A stretch of 64,000 bases of DNA from Escherichia phage mio, in the sequence record MN850631.1. The stretch is one strand, 5' to 3'. Every line of letters begins with the position of its first letter. Within the stretch, counting starts at the first letter, position 1. The notes below the pieces were generated by a model. It was not told where the DNA came from and did no database searches. It saw nothing but the letters and a program-made list of their open reading frames with translations. The position numbers were made by a program, and so were the translations under genes. Of the stretch, positions 62,709-64,000 are shown in pieces.

Positions 62709-63096
62709 TATCAATCAGATTAAAGTTAAAGTCGATGTTAGCCGTTACAGTGGAGACGAAGAATTAGACCTGCGAGACGCGATTCTCTATGAGAAGAATG
62801 GTAATCTGCATTTACATTTTGAAGGCACAAACACATATCTCCATAGATGCCGAGATGATGTAGATGGTTGTCCTGTTTTTGCTTGGTATAATTTAGAGTT
62901 TCCACTTTATGCAATCCACTACCCAGATGGTGGAGAAGACTGGACAACTCAATCAATCTTTGATGAACTTAACGGTGTTCCGGTTGAGCAAGAAGAGCAA
63001 GAGCCTGTTGAACTGACCTTCACCTTCGTCAAAGAAGAAACGGTTGGTGATTTGTCAGTAACTGAAGCTATTCAGGTAACACAGGTCATTCGCTAA
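62701..63096 (+). CDS. hypothetical protein
   Basis: 131-aa ORF. Confidence 0.35.
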   Translation: MNNINQIKVKVDVSRYSGDEELDLRDAILYEKNGNLHLHFEGTNTYLHRCRDDVDGCPVFAWYNLEFPLYAIHYPDGGEDWTTQSIFDELNGVPVEQEEQEPVELTFTFVKEETVGDLSVTEAIQVTQVIR

Positions 63097-63389
63097 TGAG
63101 TAAAGTACAGGTTATTTTTCCTATTTGTGACTTCTCACTAGAGCGTGAACTTGACCTGTACGAAGAAATTACTGACGAAATCATCTGGTCTGTTGTAGAA
63201 GAGGCTATCAAGAAACTGTATGGTGGCCTCTTAAATCCATCAAGTAAAAAGCTCAACACTAAACAAGTAGCTGATACGTACACTTCATACGATGCCTACA
63301 ACAAACCTTTTGAGAATACCTGTTTTGACCTTATGGTAGGTAATAACAAAGTCAACTATTTCTTCGTCAGAGAGTTTAACGATGAGTAA
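63096..63389 (+). CDS. hypothetical protein
   Basis: 97-aa ORF. Confidence 0.35.
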   Translation: MSKVQVIFPICDFSLERELDLYEEITDEIIWSVVEEAIKKLYGGLLNPSSKKLNTKQVADTYTSYDAYNKPFENTCFDLMVGNNKVNYFFVREFNDE

Positions 63390-63726
63390 GCTCCATGTCA
63401 CAGTGTACAAAAACTTCTCAGACATCAAAGAGTCTTTAACCAATAAGCTTGATATGCAACGGAAAAGACTCTTTTTAATGTATGACATAGACAACTACAA
63501 CCATCCTAAAGAGTTTAACTACAAAGATGGTACAAAAGTTGTTGAATTTGAAGATTCTGTGACGGTGTATGTCAAATATGACTTACCAGCAAAGTATATA
63601 GGGATGTTAGAGTATTACATATTCAAACATACTGGTATGCGTGGTGAATCTGTTAAGATATCTTCTATAGAAGTTTTTGAGAAACCTAACACACAACTTA
63701 AAAAGTATTTAATGAGGAAACTGTAA
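63382..63726 (+). CDS. hypothetical protein
   Basis: 114-aa ORF. Confidence 0.35.
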   Translation: MSKLHVTVYKNFSDIKESLTNKLDMQRKRLFLMYDIDNYNHPKEFNYKDGTKVVEFEDSVTVYVKYDLPAKYIGMLEYYIFKHTGMRGESVKISSIEVFEKPNTQLKKYLMRKL

Positions 63727-64000
63727 TGTCCGAAGAGCAACAGGATTTCATTCCACAAGTTACACTTGTACAACACTTTGGGAATATTGAAGGGTGTGTA
63801 GCACTTTTTCAACCAAGCATCAACTCTCCTGCAAAAGTTTGCAAGCTGACTATGAATGTTAACAACATCAGTGTTTGCCTTGTTGATGAAGTTCAATATT
63901 TCAAGTTTAATGACAGAGAGGTTGATGCTGCTCTATTGAAGTACCGAGCAAGCCTCGAAAAAGACATCGACCACAAAGAACTTGTAACACTGTTTGGTGA
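63726..64000 (+). CDS. hypothetical protein, 3' end beyond window
   Basis: ATG at 63726 (MSEEQQDFIPQ...) open to the end of the window. Confidence 0.3.
   Translation, partial: MSEEQQDFIPQVTLVQHFGNIEGCVALFQPSINSPAKVCKLTMNVNNISVCLVDEVQYFKFNDREVDAALLKYRASLEKDIDHKELVTLFG

Overview
64-kb window from a large virulent tailed dsDNA phage (AT-rich; contractile-tail structural module; overall flavour of Felix O1-/T5-like phages, family not verified). Layout: 1-18.7 kb (minus strand) nucleotide-metabolism and replication genes (PRPP-synthetase-like, NrdG, NrdD, NrdH-like, NrdB, NrdA, GIY-YIG endonuclease, flap endonuclease, SSB-like, primase-helicase, dNMP kinase); 18.9-28.2 kb (plus) family-A DNA polymerase, small early genes including a lipoprotein, ATP-dependent DNA ligase, DHFR, thymidylate synthase; 28.2-51.9 kb (minus) two tail fibres with near-identical His-rich tips, baseplate, tape measure, tube/sheath, neck, capsid, protease-scaffold, portal, large terminase; 52.1-57.5 kb (minus) an array of about 26 tRNAs covering all 20 amino acids, interrupted by an HNH endonuclease, two ORFs and structured non-tRNA spacers; 59.7-64 kb (plus) late genes including an Ig-like-repeat protein and a GH24-type endolysin. 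Main hunt result: the tRNA array is headed by a gene for a Ro60/Rsr-like (TROVE-like + vWA) protein (57641-59056) and contains a circularly permuted tRNA-like element (56506-56636) that I interpret as a candidate Y-RNA-like partner, i.e. a possible phage-encoded Ro-type RNP. Everything here is from reading the sequence and the ORF translations by eye; no searches or folding programs were run, tRNA ends may be off by 1-3 nt, and protein identities rest on remembered motifs.
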